In this document: positions 25,560 to 34,993 of the stretch, piece by piece | Layout of the letters: each line of letters opens with the position of its first letter | Position numbering within the stretch: the stretch's first letter is position 1 | DNA from: a virus | Lineage: Duplodnaviria; Caudoviricetes | Direction: 5' to 3' (one strand) | Virus record (IMG/VR): IMGVR_UViG_3300017700_000447 | Span: 1 to 41,652 of that record | DNA: 41,652 bases | Program-made: the position numbers and the translations under genes | The notes under the pieces: model-generated | The model's database searches: none | Seen by the model: the letters and a program-made list of their open reading frames with translations, nothing else | Told to the model about the DNA's origin: nothing

Positions 25560-26069
25560 ATGTCCGCAATTGGTGTTATTTGCTGCCCCGCTGCCTCTTG
25601 GGCAGTGACCCAGCCAAAGCCCGCAACCATGCGGCAAAAAGTAGAGCAGCTTGAGCGTGAAATCGCCCAGCTTGAGCCTATCGAGTGCCCTGTTGTCCAT
25701 CACTTCGCCCCGGGCCTGTACGCCCGCGAGATGACAATTCCAGCTGGCACGATCCTGACCGGCGCAGTCCATAAAACCGAACACCTCAGCATTATTTCGG
25801 CTGGGCGCATTGCCTTCACGACCGACGAGGGCGTTAAAGAAGTTTCCGCCCCCTACACCTTCGTCTCAAAGCCAGGCGCCAAACGTGCCGGCGTAGCGAT
25901 TGAAACCACGGTGTGGACTACGTTGCATGTGACCACAGAGACGGATCTTGACCAGCTCTGCCGCGACCTGACCGAATCGCAGCCCAGTGAATTGATGGGT
26001 GGGAAAGACAACATCCAGGTTATCGCCAACGCAAAACGCAAGGCCCTTGAAGCCGAGGTGTCCGCATGA
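25560..26069 (+). CDS. Cupin-like phage protein preceding the ejection genes
   Basis: HHFAPGLYAREMTIPAG...GAVHKTEH...GAKR...WTTLH; AAGGAG RBS. Confidence 0.8.
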   Translation: MSAIGVICCPAASWAVTQPKPATMRQKVEQLEREIAQLEPIECPVVHHFAPGLYAREMTIPAGTILTGAVHKTEHLSIISAGRIAFTTDEGVKEVSAPYTFVSKPGAKRAGVAIETTVWTTLHVTTETDLDQLCRDLTESQPSELMGGKDNIQVIANAKRKALEAEVSA

Positions 26070-26986
26070 GCTGGGGTGCTGTAGCCGGCGCTGCCGTAAG
26101 CGTCGTAGGCGGCTCACTCATGGCAGATGGGGCCGAAGGTGCGGCTGGCGCGCAAACTGGGGCTTCTGCCGCTCAAATCGGGGAGGTGCGTCGTCAATAC
26201 GATGCCTACCAAAGGGCTGTTACGCCCTATACCAAGACCGGAACTGACGCCCTCGCACAACAGCGGATCTTGCTTGGTCTTGGTTCTGGGTATGGCTACG
26301 GCGGCAACGGCCTGCCCGAGGTCGAGTCGTTCATCCGACAAGCTGCTGGCCGTGGGTATGACGGCGGTTATCGCTCCGGCGACGCCGACCGCGCCGGGAT
26401 CATGGAAGGCGCGATCTCCAATTACCGCAGCGGTGCATATGGCACTGATGAAGAGGCGCTGAAGCTGTTCGGCTACACCGCTGATCCAAACGCACTCACG
26501 CCGGAAGCAGAGCAAAAGGCCGCAATCGCAGCCATGGAGAGCAGCCCGTACTTCCAGGCCATGAGCAAGCAGTCGGAAGACGCCATTTTGCAAAACGCGT
26601 CAGCCACTGGCGGGCTACGTGGTGGGAACACGCAAGATGCACTCTCAAAGAATCGCCCGATTCTGCTGCAAAACCTGATCGACAAACAGCTTGCAAACCT
26701 GCAAGGTCTTTCCGGTCAAGGGCTGGGCGCTGCAACCAATCTCGGAAACGCAGGCATGGGCGCCGCGGGTCAGGTCGGCGCGGCAATGCAGCAACAAGGA
26801 GCCGCGCAGGCTGGGGGGATTCTCGGCCAGTCCAACGCCATGACCGGCATGCTCGGCCAGGTCGGCGGCATCTTTGCCGGGTCTGGTGGCTTCGGCGGGC
26901 TCGGCGGTGGTCGCCCACCAGTGACTGATGGCGGGTATTCCATGGGCATGGGCTCTGCCTACGGCGGTTCGAGGGCTGGACTATGA
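26066..26986 (+). CDS. DNA ejection/transfer protein (P22 gp7-like)
   Basis: Gly/Ala-rich; EDAILQNASATGGLRGGNTQDAL motif. Confidence 0.88.
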   Translation: MSWGAVAGAAVSVVGGSLMADGAEGAAGAQTGASAAQIGEVRRQYDAYQRAVTPYTKTGTDALAQQRILLGLGSGYGYGGNGLPEVESFIRQAAGRGYDGGYRSGDADRAGIMEGAISNYRSGAYGTDEEALKLFGYTADPNALTPEAEQKAAIAAMESSPYFQAMSKQSEDAILQNASATGGLRGGNTQDALSKNRPILLQNLIDKQLANLQGLSGQGLGAATNLGNAGMGAAGQVGAAMQQQGAAQAGGILGQSNAMTGMLGQVGGIFAGSGGFGGLGGGRPPVTDGGYSMGMGSAYGGSRAGL

Positions 26987-28308
26987 ACCCCATCAACTAC
27001 ACGGCCATGCAGGTCAACCCTGCGGATGCCCTCATGCAGGGCCTCAAGACGGGCGTTGCCATTGATGAGATTGGCATGCAGCGTCAGCAGCAGCAGATGG
27101 CCCAACAAGCCCAGCAGCAGCAATTGCAGGCGCAGCAAGCCCTTCAGATGGTGCTGAGCAACCCCAACGCTACGGTGCAGGACTACGGCGCGGTTGCGTC
27201 TATTAATCCGAAGTTTCGCGAGACGATCAAGGAGCAGTGGGATCGTATGGACGCGGGTCGCCAGCAAAGCGCGCTTGGGGACGCCTCCAAGCTCTTCAGC
27301 GCCTTGCAGTCGGGCCGGACCGACATTGCCCTTGCCACGATAGAGGATCAGCTCAAAGCGGCTGAAAACTCCGGGGACAAGCAGCGCGCCAACACGATCA
27401 TGATGTACCGCGACATGATCAAGGAGGCCCCGGACTATGCCCGGACCATGATTGGCACGTCCATGGCCGCGATTCCAGGTGGTGACAAGTTCTTTACCTC
27501 TGTCAAATCGATGGGCGAGGAAGGCCGCAACGCTGACCAGGCGCCCGCCGAACTTGCAAAGAAGCAGGCAGACGCCATTAAGGCGCGGGTCGATGCACGC
27601 TATGCCGAGCCCAAGGTGAAGGCAGAAATTGCAGACACATGGAGCAAGATTGGCGAGCGCGGGGATCGTCTCGGTCTTGATCGCGAAAAGTTTAATCTGG
27701 ACTTCGATTCCAAGCTGGAAGAACTGAAGGGCAAGCAAGGCACTCCCTCACTGTCTGCCGGCATGGAGAAGTTGCAAGCTGAATCCGTGGGCAATTCGCT
27801 CATTTCCCGGACCGCTTCGGACCGCGCCACTGGGCTGGCTGATGCGCTCATGGCTGAACAAACCACAGTAGGCGGCAAACCCCTGCGTTGGTTGACGGAA
27901 AACGCCAAGCGCATCACCGGCAGTGAAGACGGATACACCGCTTTGCGCCAGGATTACGTGCGCATTCGCAATCAAGGGCTCCTGTCCGACCTTCCGCCGG
28001 GGCCGGCGTCCGACAAAGATATTGCGCTGATGAAAGACGGCTTTCCCAATGAAAACCAGTCGCCCGAGTACATCGCGAATTGGCTCAAGTCTTATTCGAA
28101 TGTCCAAAAAGCCATTGCCCAGAAGGAAGATGCAAAAGCCGAGTGGATCAGCGGCGTCGGTAGCCTCCGCACCGCACCCAAAGACCTCACGATTGGCAAC
28201 GTCACCGTTCCCGCGGGTACGTCCTTCACGGAGTTCATCGCCAGGACGCAAAAGGCCGACGCCCCGAAGGTGAAAAACGCCACGGGTTACATGAACTTCG
28301 GGCGTTAA
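26983..28308 (+). CDS. DNA ejection/transfer protein (P22 gp20-like)
   Basis: Gln-rich helical protein; LPPGPASDKDI motif; position. Confidence 0.82.
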   Translation: MNPINYTAMQVNPADALMQGLKTGVAIDEIGMQRQQQQMAQQAQQQQLQAQQALQMVLSNPNATVQDYGAVASINPKFRETIKEQWDRMDAGRQQSALGDASKLFSALQSGRTDIALATIEDQLKAAENSGDKQRANTIMMYRDMIKEAPDYARTMIGTSMAAIPGGDKFFTSVKSMGEEGRNADQAPAELAKKQADAIKARVDARYAEPKVKAEIADTWSKIGERGDRLGLDREKFNLDFDSKLEELKGKQGTPSLSAGMEKLQAESVGNSLISRTASDRATGLADALMAEQTTVGGKPLRWLTENAKRITGSEDGYTALRQDYVRIRNQGLLSDLPPGPASDKDIALMKDGFPNENQSPEYIANWLKSYSNVQKAIAQKEDAKAEWISGVGSLRTAPKDLTIGNVTVPAGTSFTEFIARTQKADAPKVKNATGYMNFGR

Positions 28309-31300
28309 ATGTCAACGTCCTACAAAGATCCCGTGTATGACGAACTGGACGCGAAATTTGCGTCACAGGTGGGCGTTCCTGCGTGGCTGATGAGTTCGAT
28401 TCGCCTCAATGGCGAGCGCTCTAACTCGGATCAGGTGTCATCTGCCGGCGCAAAGACTGTCAATCAGTTCACCCCGACCACTCGCAAACTGGTGCTGGAC
28501 AAATACGGCGTAGATGCGTGGGCGTCACCCGAAGCCTCCACGCTGGCAAAAGCGCATCTGCTCAAGGAATCACTCGACCGCAACGGCCAAGACCCTGCTG
28601 CAGCTGCGCGTGAGTACATCGGCGGCACCAACACTGCCAACCATGGCCCACAGACCCGCGCCTACGTCAACCGCGTGATGCAGGGACGACCAAAAGCGTC
28701 CGGCGAGCAGGCAGAACAACCCGAAGCCGCGCCTCGCACTGGCGCCAAGCCTGGCGGTCGGAGCCTGAGTGCTGAATTCGCAGCCAGCCAGCCGCAGCAG
28801 CCCAGCATTGCCAAGATTTACGACGCATATCAAGCTGGGAAGATGAGCCCTGAGCAAGAAAAGGAGTTTGAGGCCGACGTGAATTCCGGTTCTATTCTTC
28901 TGCCGCGCAAAGCCTCGTTGAAGGTCGCCCCTGAGTCCAATATCGTGCCCGATGGGGTCATTGAGGCGTATGTCTCAGGAAAGATGACGCCCGATCAGAT
29001 CGCCGAGTATGAGGCTGACCTGAAATCAGGCGCCATCAAGCTCCCCGAGGGCATCACGCACACGCCTGCAGAGCAACCCGGCCTGATTGATCGCGTGAAA
29101 GACGTTTTCACCGGCAATCTTCGAGAGACCGCCGAGACTCAGAACCTGCCCGAGTGGACAGGAATGCCCGAGCTGAATCAGCTGTCCATGGCCTCAGCTA
29201 AAACAGGCCTTGGGACCATGTTCGCCCCGACCGATGAGGCGGTGAAGATCATTCAAGCCCAGTTCCCTGGCGTGAAGGTTCGCCAGGATGAAAAAGGTAA
29301 CCCCATCCTGACAAGCTCGGTTGATGGGAAGGAATATGCAGTTCCTCCAGGCTTGGCCGTGGGAGACATCCCCCGCGTACTTGGTGCCGTGGGTGCATTC
29401 ACCCCTGCCGGTCGGGCCGTGACTTGGGGCGGTACGGCGGCGGGCGGCCTTGCAACGCAGGCAGCAATTGAAGGCACGCAAGCCGCTACCGGTGGCGATT
29501 TCAGCAAGACCGATGTTGCATTGGCCGGGGCTGCTGGTCCGGTTGCCAGTCTGGTCGCCAAGGGCGTCGGGGGTGCAGCTCGCGGCGTCGTCAATACGCT
29601 CACCAAGGCCGGGGCACCCGTAGAGCAGCGGGCGGCTCAGGCCGTCGCTCCTAAGGTCGCAGCACGGGCAACGCCAGAAGTCGCGCCAGTGCAGGCAGTC
29701 CCAGAGGGCGCGCCAGTCCGCGCTGCACCGGAAGTGCCCGCGCAGCCCTCGGTTGCCGTGGTCGAAGAAGCGGCCCCCGCCGTAGCAGACATGACGCAGG
29801 AGCAGCTTGCAAGCGTAGCGAAGAAAGCTGCAACTGGCACGACCGGAAAGCAGGCCGCAACCGAGGAGCTTGCTGCTCAAGCCGCGCCGAATAAAGCCGT
29901 TACCGAAGCCGCCGACCGCCTGAAAATGGAACTCGACCCGGACTTTGTGACGGACAACGAGCAGTTCCGCCGCCTGGTTGGACTGGCCCGTTCGCAGGCG
30001 GGCAGTGCCGCGGAGTCACGCGGCATCAAGGTAGCAGAAGACGCCGCCAACAAGGCGGAAGGAGCCCTCGAGTCGCTTGGCGCAAGCCGGGACATCGCCT
30101 CCGTGTCTGACAAGGTGAAAAGCTCCCTTGCGGCAACGCGTGACGACATGGAGAAAGCCTCCAACGCGCTCTACAAAGAGATTGACGAGATTGTTCCCAA
30201 GTCCTACCCCGTGGAGATGCCAGCGACCAAGGCGCGCCTTGATGCCGTGGTTTCTGATCTTGGCGGGATGGAGGGGTTGTCAGCCCAGGAAAAGCAGCTC
30301 GCTAAAATGTTTGAAGGCCCCGTCACATACGGTAGATTGGCCCGTGAACGCGGTCTAATTGGCAAGGCACTTGCTGGCAAGGAATCTCCTTACGGCAGCA
30401 TGGAGGAAGGGGCGCTTAAGCAGCTCTACAAGTCCATGGCTGAGGACCAACTAGAGGCCGTTACCTCGGTTGGCGGTGAGGCTCTGCGCGACAAGTACCG
30501 CCTCGCCTCTCAATTGGTCGCAAAACGCAAAGCACTGGAGAAACGAATTGTTGAAGCTTTTGGGAAGGATAATTCTGGCTCTCTTGTGCCTGCTCTTAAG
30601 CGCGGGATTGCTGCATCTGTTAAGGGTGATGATCAGGGCCTTAACAAGCTAATCAGGACCATCCCAGAGCCCCTGCGCAAGGAGGCTCTTTCCTCGGCGC
30701 TGCTGAACTATGCCGCGAGCACCACAAAAAGTGGTCAGTTCGGCTTCAACCAGTACGCCAAGATGTACCAGGGAATGCGGCAAAACTCCCCGGTTTACGC
30801 CGCGGTCGTCAAGACTCTGGGTGACGGTGCGGACGATCTCCTAACCGATCTCTACCAGGTCTCCCAGTCCATCGCCAAGGCCCAGCAGTCGGTACTGCAC
30901 ACGGGCAAGGCAAATCAGGGCTTTATCGACACGCTGAAAGGCCCTGAAACCCTTGTTGGCAAGGTGCTGGAAGGCGCCAAAGGAGCCGCGGCGCGCGGAG
31001 CTGCTACTGAGGCCGCCACCTCCATGGCCATCGGCCCCACTGGCGCCGGTTTCCTTGGCGGGGCAGTGCAATCCCTCGCCGGGGGCCGAAAAGACGCGCT
31101 CAAGGCCGTCGGTGACCTCCTGTCCTCGCCTGAGTTCAAAGAGGTGGTTCGCCAGGCCGCGACCAAAGACTTTGTCTCCGACAAGTCCGTTAAGCGACTC
31201 GCCCGCGCACGCGCCATGAAGGGCTATTCAACCTTCATGTCCGAAACCTTCAAGAAAGACCCAACCGAGCGCGAAGCATGGATTAACGCCGCGCTGCAGT

Positions 31301-31356
31301 CAGGTCGCGGCAAAGACCGTGAGCAACCTATTGCCGGTCAAGGCACAAAACTCTAA
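28309..31356 (+). CDS. Large ejection protein (gp16 position) with an N-terminal lytic-transglycosylase-like domain
   Basis: GERS...VSSAGAKTVNQFTPTT...AAREYIGG...QTRAYVNRV SLT-like motifs; 1015 aa. Confidence 0.85.
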   Translation: MSTSYKDPVYDELDAKFASQVGVPAWLMSSIRLNGERSNSDQVSSAGAKTVNQFTPTTRKLVLDKYGVDAWASPEASTLAKAHLLKESLDRNGQDPAAAAREYIGGTNTANHGPQTRAYVNRVMQGRPKASGEQAEQPEAAPRTGAKPGGRSLSAEFAASQPQQPSIAKIYDAYQAGKMSPEQEKEFEADVNSGSILLPRKASLKVAPESNIVPDGVIEAYVSGKMTPDQIAEYEADLKSGAIKLPEGITHTPAEQPGLIDRVKDVFTGNLRETAETQNLPEWTGMPELNQLSMASAKTGLGTMFAPTDEAVKIIQAQFPGVKVRQDEKGNPILTSSVDGKEYAVPPGLAVGDIPRVLGAVGAFTPAGRAVTWGGTAAGGLATQAAIEGTQAATGGDFSKTDVALAGAAGPVASLVAKGVGGAARGVVNTLTKAGAPVEQRAAQAVAPKVAARATPEVAPVQAVPEGAPVRAAPEVPAQPSVAVVEEAAPAVADMTQEQLASVAKKAATGTTGKQAATEELAAQAAPNKAVTEAADRLKMELDPDFVTDNEQFRRLVGLARSQAGSAAESRGIKVAEDAANKAEGALESLGASRDIASVSDKVKSSLAATRDDMEKASNALYKEIDEIVPKSYPVEMPATKARLDAVVSDLGGMEGLSAQEKQLAKMFEGPVTYGRLARERGLIGKALAGKESPYGSMEEGALKQLYKSMAEDQLEAVTSVGGEALRDKYRLASQLVAKRKALEKRIVEAFGKDNSGSLVPALKRGIAASVKGDDQGLNKLIRTIPEPLRKEALSSALLNYAASTTKSGQFGFNQYAKMYQGMRQNSPVYAAVVKTLGDGADDLLTDLYQVSQSIAKAQQSVLHTGKANQGFIDTLKGPETLVGKVLEGAKGAAARGAATEAATSMAIGPTGAGFLGGAVQSLAGGRKDALKAVGDLLSSPEFKEVVRQAATKDFVSDKSVKRLARARAMKGYSTFMSETFKKDPTEREAWINAALQSGRGKDREQPIAGQGTKL

Positions 31357-31365
31357 GGAAAAATC

Positions 31366-32820
31366 ATGGCCGTAATTGCCACCGTCAACCCCCTCAATCA
31401 GTTCTTCGCCCTGAATGGCGCGCCGCTGAACAACGGGAAACTGTATTTTGGCGACATCAATGCAGACCCGGAGCAGAACCCGGTTCAGATGTATTGGGAT
31501 GCTGCGGGCCTTGTCCCTGCTCTCCAGCCCATCCGCACCACTTCTGGCTACCCGTCGCGCAGTGGTTCGCCGGCCATTCTGTACTGTGCGTCTGAATACT
31601 CTCTGCGCGTGCTGCAGTCCAACGACGTGCAGGTTTTTTATCTGCCACGCGCCGGTAGTCCGGCGCTGCAGACGCTGGCGCAGTGGGAGGCCACGGGGGT
31701 TACCCCGCTTTACGCCAGCGCAAACAGCTTCACGCTGACCGGAGATCAAACAGAAGAATTCGAGGCTGGCCGACGTGCGCGCTTCACCGTTACGGCGGGA
31801 TTCGTCTATGGGACGATTCTTACCTCTGTGTATGGGGCGCAAACCACCGTCACCATGACCATGGATGATGCACAAGTCCTCGACGCTGGGCTGACTGCGG
31901 TGGATCTAAGTATTTTGACCGCAAGTAATTCGGCGGTCCCGGGGATTCTGAATTCCACGATATTCACAGGGAACCCCACCGCCCCACAAGCAGCAGACGG
32001 CGACGCAGACCTATCCCTTGCAAACACCGCCTACGTCCAATCCGCCTATGCCGCAGTGCGCCAGACCGTCCTGTCTGGCCCTGTGGACACAAACGGCTTT
32101 GCGGCCTTTGGCGGGGCTACTGGAACCGCAACGGTAACCGCAACCGGCACGCTCATTGCCTCAGCGGCCAACGGCGCATTCAACCGTCGCGGCAGCATCA
32201 CAAACCCGTCATGGACCGGCCTTACCACCAACGGGACGATGTACCTGTATCTGGACATTGCGCAAGGTGGGGCCTGCACCACTGGCAGCACAACGCTTGC
32301 ACCTACGTATCGGTGGGGCGGCGCTGATGTCGTGACCAATAACCAGTTCACTTTCAACATTCAGGAAATGGTCGGCAAGGTCGGGAACGGCGCTACGGCT
32401 GCGCAAACCTACCGGGTGTTTGTGGGGGAGGTCACAGTGGCCGGTTCGGTGGTTACGGCAATCACTTGGTATCAGTTGATGGGGCGGTATCAAAGCGCGG
32501 ACATCAACTGCCCGGCGGGCGGGGTTCAAACCATCTTTTCGCACAACCTGGGGCACTCGCAATTCAAGATGGAAGCGTTCTTGCGCAACACGATTACGGA
32601 AAATAATTACGCGGTCGGCGATGTGGCCACCTTCTTAATGCGCACTAGTGCAAGCGGATTTTTCGGCACAGGGCTAACAAACCTTGGGCGGAATAGCCTA
32701 AGCGTCACCTCTGGGTCTTCCGCCCCTGGTTTTTTCATGGTCAACAAGACAACCGGAAACGACGCGCCCGTAACCGCCGCCAACTGGAAGTTGTTTGTTA
32801 CCGCACAACGGAGCTGGTAA
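31366..32820 (+). CDS. Tail fibre/spike with a P22-type head-binding N-terminal domain
   Basis: NPLNQFF..NGAPLNNGKLYFG..NADP..NP..MYWD; FTGNPTAP...LANTAYV; C-terminal HNLG domain. Confidence 0.88.
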   Translation: MAVIATVNPLNQFFALNGAPLNNGKLYFGDINADPEQNPVQMYWDAAGLVPALQPIRTTSGYPSRSGSPAILYCASEYSLRVLQSNDVQVFYLPRAGSPALQTLAQWEATGVTPLYASANSFTLTGDQTEEFEAGRRARFTVTAGFVYGTILTSVYGAQTTVTMTMDDAQVLDAGLTAVDLSILTASNSAVPGILNSTIFTGNPTAPQAADGDADLSLANTAYVQSAYAAVRQTVLSGPVDTNGFAAFGGATGTATVTATGTLIASAANGAFNRRGSITNPSWTGLTTNGTMYLYLDIAQGGACTTGSTTLAPTYRWGGADVVTNNQFTFNIQEMVGKVGNGATAAQTYRVFVGEVTVAGSVVTAITWYQLMGRYQSADINCPAGGVQTIFSHNLGHSQFKMEAFLRNTITENNYAVGDVATFLMRTSASGFFGTGLTNLGRNSLSVTSGSSAPGFFMVNKTTGNDAPVTAANWKLFVTAQRSW

Positions 32821-33257
32821 TGTTTGTCAACAACCTAGGCCAATTCTATTTTGGTGACATGCAGCCAGGCGACCGCGAGGCCACGCCCGCTGAAATTGCT
32901 GCACACAAGACAAAGGCAGAGGGTGATGAAAAACTTGGGCTTTTGTCAGCGGCGCGGGCGAGCCGTGAAGTACTCATCGGACGCCTTACTTGGGTAAAAA
33001 CCGAGTGCACCGCGGCTTTAGAGGCCGCGACAGCGGCATCAGATCAACCGGCTATTAACCTACAGACGGCGAACATAGCGGCCATCACAGCTGCCGTTAA
33101 TTCGCTCGTTAATGCCTTTGAAGACCCTCGCGTCGTCAATTCCGTCAACGGCGAGGCAAAGCAGGCCATTCAGCTTGTGTACGCGGAAATTGTCCAGGCC
33201 TTCAAAGTGGCCGCTCCTGCGCTCCATGCCAGGATGAAGAAGCTGGACACGCTGTGA
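32820..33257 (+). CDS. Putative tail fibre assembly/chaperone protein
   Basis: Overlaps the fibre stop; YFGDMQPGDREAT motif. Confidence 0.65.
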   Translation: MFVNNLGQFYFGDMQPGDREATPAEIAAHKTKAEGDEKLGLLSAARASREVLIGRLTWVKTECTAALEAATAASDQPAINLQTANIAAITAAVNSLVNAFEDPRVVNSVNGEAKQAIQLVYAEIVQAFKVAAPALHARMKKLDTL

Positions 33258-33589
33258 TCTCAATCCTCATCCTCTGGCCCATGTACATCGTCGGCATCCA
33301 GTACGAGCGCGGCGGGTGGTGGCGGGTGGTTGCGCCAATTACCGTTGCTGCCTTTGTTCTGGATGTAGCCCTGAACTACACAGAGCTGCGCCTGCTTATG
33401 TGGGACAAGCCAAGAGAGGGTGAGTACACGTTTTCTCAGCGACTGGAGCGCCTTCAGCTGGAAACTGGCCTACGCGGGAAGGTGGCCCGGTTCATCGAGC
33501 GCTACATGCTCGGGCCGTTTGACCCCGATGGATACCACGCCCTAGCTTCGATGCCCAATAACCCGAGCGGGAGCGCCAACAACGATTGA
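33254..33589 (+). CDS. Conserved phage membrane protein
   Basis: Two hydrophobic segments; LDVALNYT...EYTFSQRLERL...FDPDGYH. Confidence 0.7.
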   Translation: MISILILWPMYIVGIQYERGGWWRVVAPITVAAFVLDVALNYTELRLLMWDKPREGEYTFSQRLERLQLETGLRGKVARFIERYMLGPFDPDGYHALASMPNNPSGSANND

Positions 33590-34093
33590 ATAAGGGGCAA
33601 CGTCAGAGGTGACGACGGAGTTTGCGCCAATAACCGCCCCATCCCCAATATGCACATCCTTCAGAATCTTCGCCCCGGCACCAATCCACACGTCATCGCC
33701 AATGACGACCTCGCCAAGCGTGGCCTGCTGCAATCTGATGGGTTTATACCGGGCGATTCCGTGCCCGTGGTCAATGATTTGCACGTAAGAGCCGATCAGC
33801 ACATCCGAGCCAATGCGGATCAGGTTTTTGGCTGTGATGAGGTTGTGACGGCCTATTACCGTGCGGTCCCCTATGAAGACTTTCGGGTGAGGCATGGTCA
33901 GTTGAATGAACGAGAAGTCCTGAATCGTGCAGTCGTCGCCAATCTCCAGAACCGCACCCTCCGCGCACCGGATTTCCACGCTGGGCTTGATAAGACAGCC
34001 CGTGCCGTAGTCGGTGAAATGACGCAATTTCCAGGCGCTTACAAGCCGCTGGTACAGACCACGGCGGTTTCGGTATGAGGCTTTATCGATCAC
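33542..34093 (-). CDS. Hexapeptide-repeat (left-handed beta-helix) O-acetyltransferase, moron
   Basis: IGDDCTI, IGDRTVIG, IGSDVLIG, DHGH, IGDDVWIGAGAKIL...IGANSVV...VGAPAR; strand opposite to the late operon. Confidence 0.92.
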   Translation of the reverse strand: MIDKASYRNRRGLYQRLVSAWKLRHFTDYGTGCLIKPSVEIRCAEGAVLEIGDDCTIQDFSFIQLTMPHPKVFIGDRTVIGRHNLITAKNLIRIGSDVLIGSYVQIIDHGHGIARYKPIRLQQATLGEVVIGDDVWIGAGAKILKDVHIGDGAVIGANSVVTSDVAPYSIVVGAPARVIGHRS

Positions 34094-34099
34094 GACTTG

Positions 34100-34129
34100 A
34101 TGGTAGCAGCACGGCCATTTCCCCCGCAA
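34100..34129 (-). promoter_or_regulatory. Putative moron promoter TTGCGG-N18-TACCAT, 6 nt before the GTG
   Basis: Spacing puts +1 at or near the start codon (leaderless). Confidence 0.45.
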
Positions 34130-34148
34130 CTCTTTAGAAAGCGCTCCG

Positions 34149-34421
34149 ATGTCCGATCAACAGACGACCACCAGCACGCGGGTGACTATCGACTACAGCG
34201 TTCCCCTATGGGGAGTCCTTTCGGTTCTTGGTTGCGGCGCACTCATCCTTGTCGGGATGTATTTCAACGGCCTGCAAACACAGGAGGCGGTGAAGGAGCT
34301 TCAGATCCTGGTCAAAAGCGGCAACAACTCGGTGAACTTGCTGGACCGGGAGGTAACCCTGCTGAAGTTTCGGGTAGACGGGCATGACAGCAGCATCAAG
34401 GTTTTGGAGCAGAGGAAATGA
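34149..34421 (+). CDS. Single-TM coiled-coil protein, holin/antiholin candidate
   Basis: One TM segment then heptads; coupled to the endolysin. Confidence 0.65.
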   Translation: MSDQQTTTSTRVTIDYSVPLWGVLSVLGCGALILVGMYFNGLQTQEAVKELQILVKSGNNSVNLLDREVTLLKFRVDGHDSSIKVLEQRK

Positions 34422-34993
34422 AACCGACACTGACCGTGCAGGACTTCGCCGACGCTGCCGGACAGCTTTCCTGCGAGGTGGCCGCCATCAGGGCCGTGTG
34501 CGAAGTAGAGGCCCCGCGCGGCGGGTTCAATCCAGACGGGACGCCGGCCACCTTGTTTGAGGGGCACAAGTTTCACAAGCTGACGGGCGGCCTGTATGAC
34601 ATTGAAGCGCCGACGCTCAGCTTTCCGACATGGACACGGAAGCACTACGGCAAAGACTGGAAGGCAGAGCAGGCCCGGCTACAGGCCGCAACGGCGCTTG
34701 ACCGTGAGGCCGCACTGAAATCCGCGAGCTGGGGCAAGTTCCAGATCATGGGCTTCAACCATGAGAGTGTTGGCTTTCCGACTATCCAGGGCTTCGTTAA
34801 TGCCATGTATCAGGGTGAGCGTGAGCACCTAATGGCGTTTGTCATGTTCGTCCTGAAAAACGGCTTGGCCCCGGCGCTGCGCCGTGGGGACTGGGCAGCT
34901 TTTGCGCGCGGCTACAACGGCCCCGCCTACGCTGAGAACAAGTATGACGTGAAGTTAGCCGCTGCCTATGCGAAATTTAAAGGGGAAAAGTAA
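34418..34993 (+). CDS. Endolysin, N-acetylmuramidase (DUF3380) family
   Basis: AVCEVEA..GF, LFEGHKF, SASWGKFQIMGFN, FARGYNGPAY..NKYD. Confidence 0.93.
   Translation: MKPTLTVQDFADAAGQLSCEVAAIRAVCEVEAPRGGFNPDGTPATLFEGHKFHKLTGGLYDIEAPTLSFPTWTRKHYGKDWKAEQARLQAATALDREAALKSASWGKFQIMGFNHESVGFPTIQGFVNAMYQGEREHLMAFVMFVLKNGLAPALRRGDWAAFARGYNGPAYAENKYDVKLAAAYAKFKGEK

Noticed and set aside
31366-33257. Diversity-generating retroelement or invertible tail-fibre cassette
   Set aside because: No reverse transcriptase, invertase, duplicated fibre 3' end or flanking inverted repeats seen
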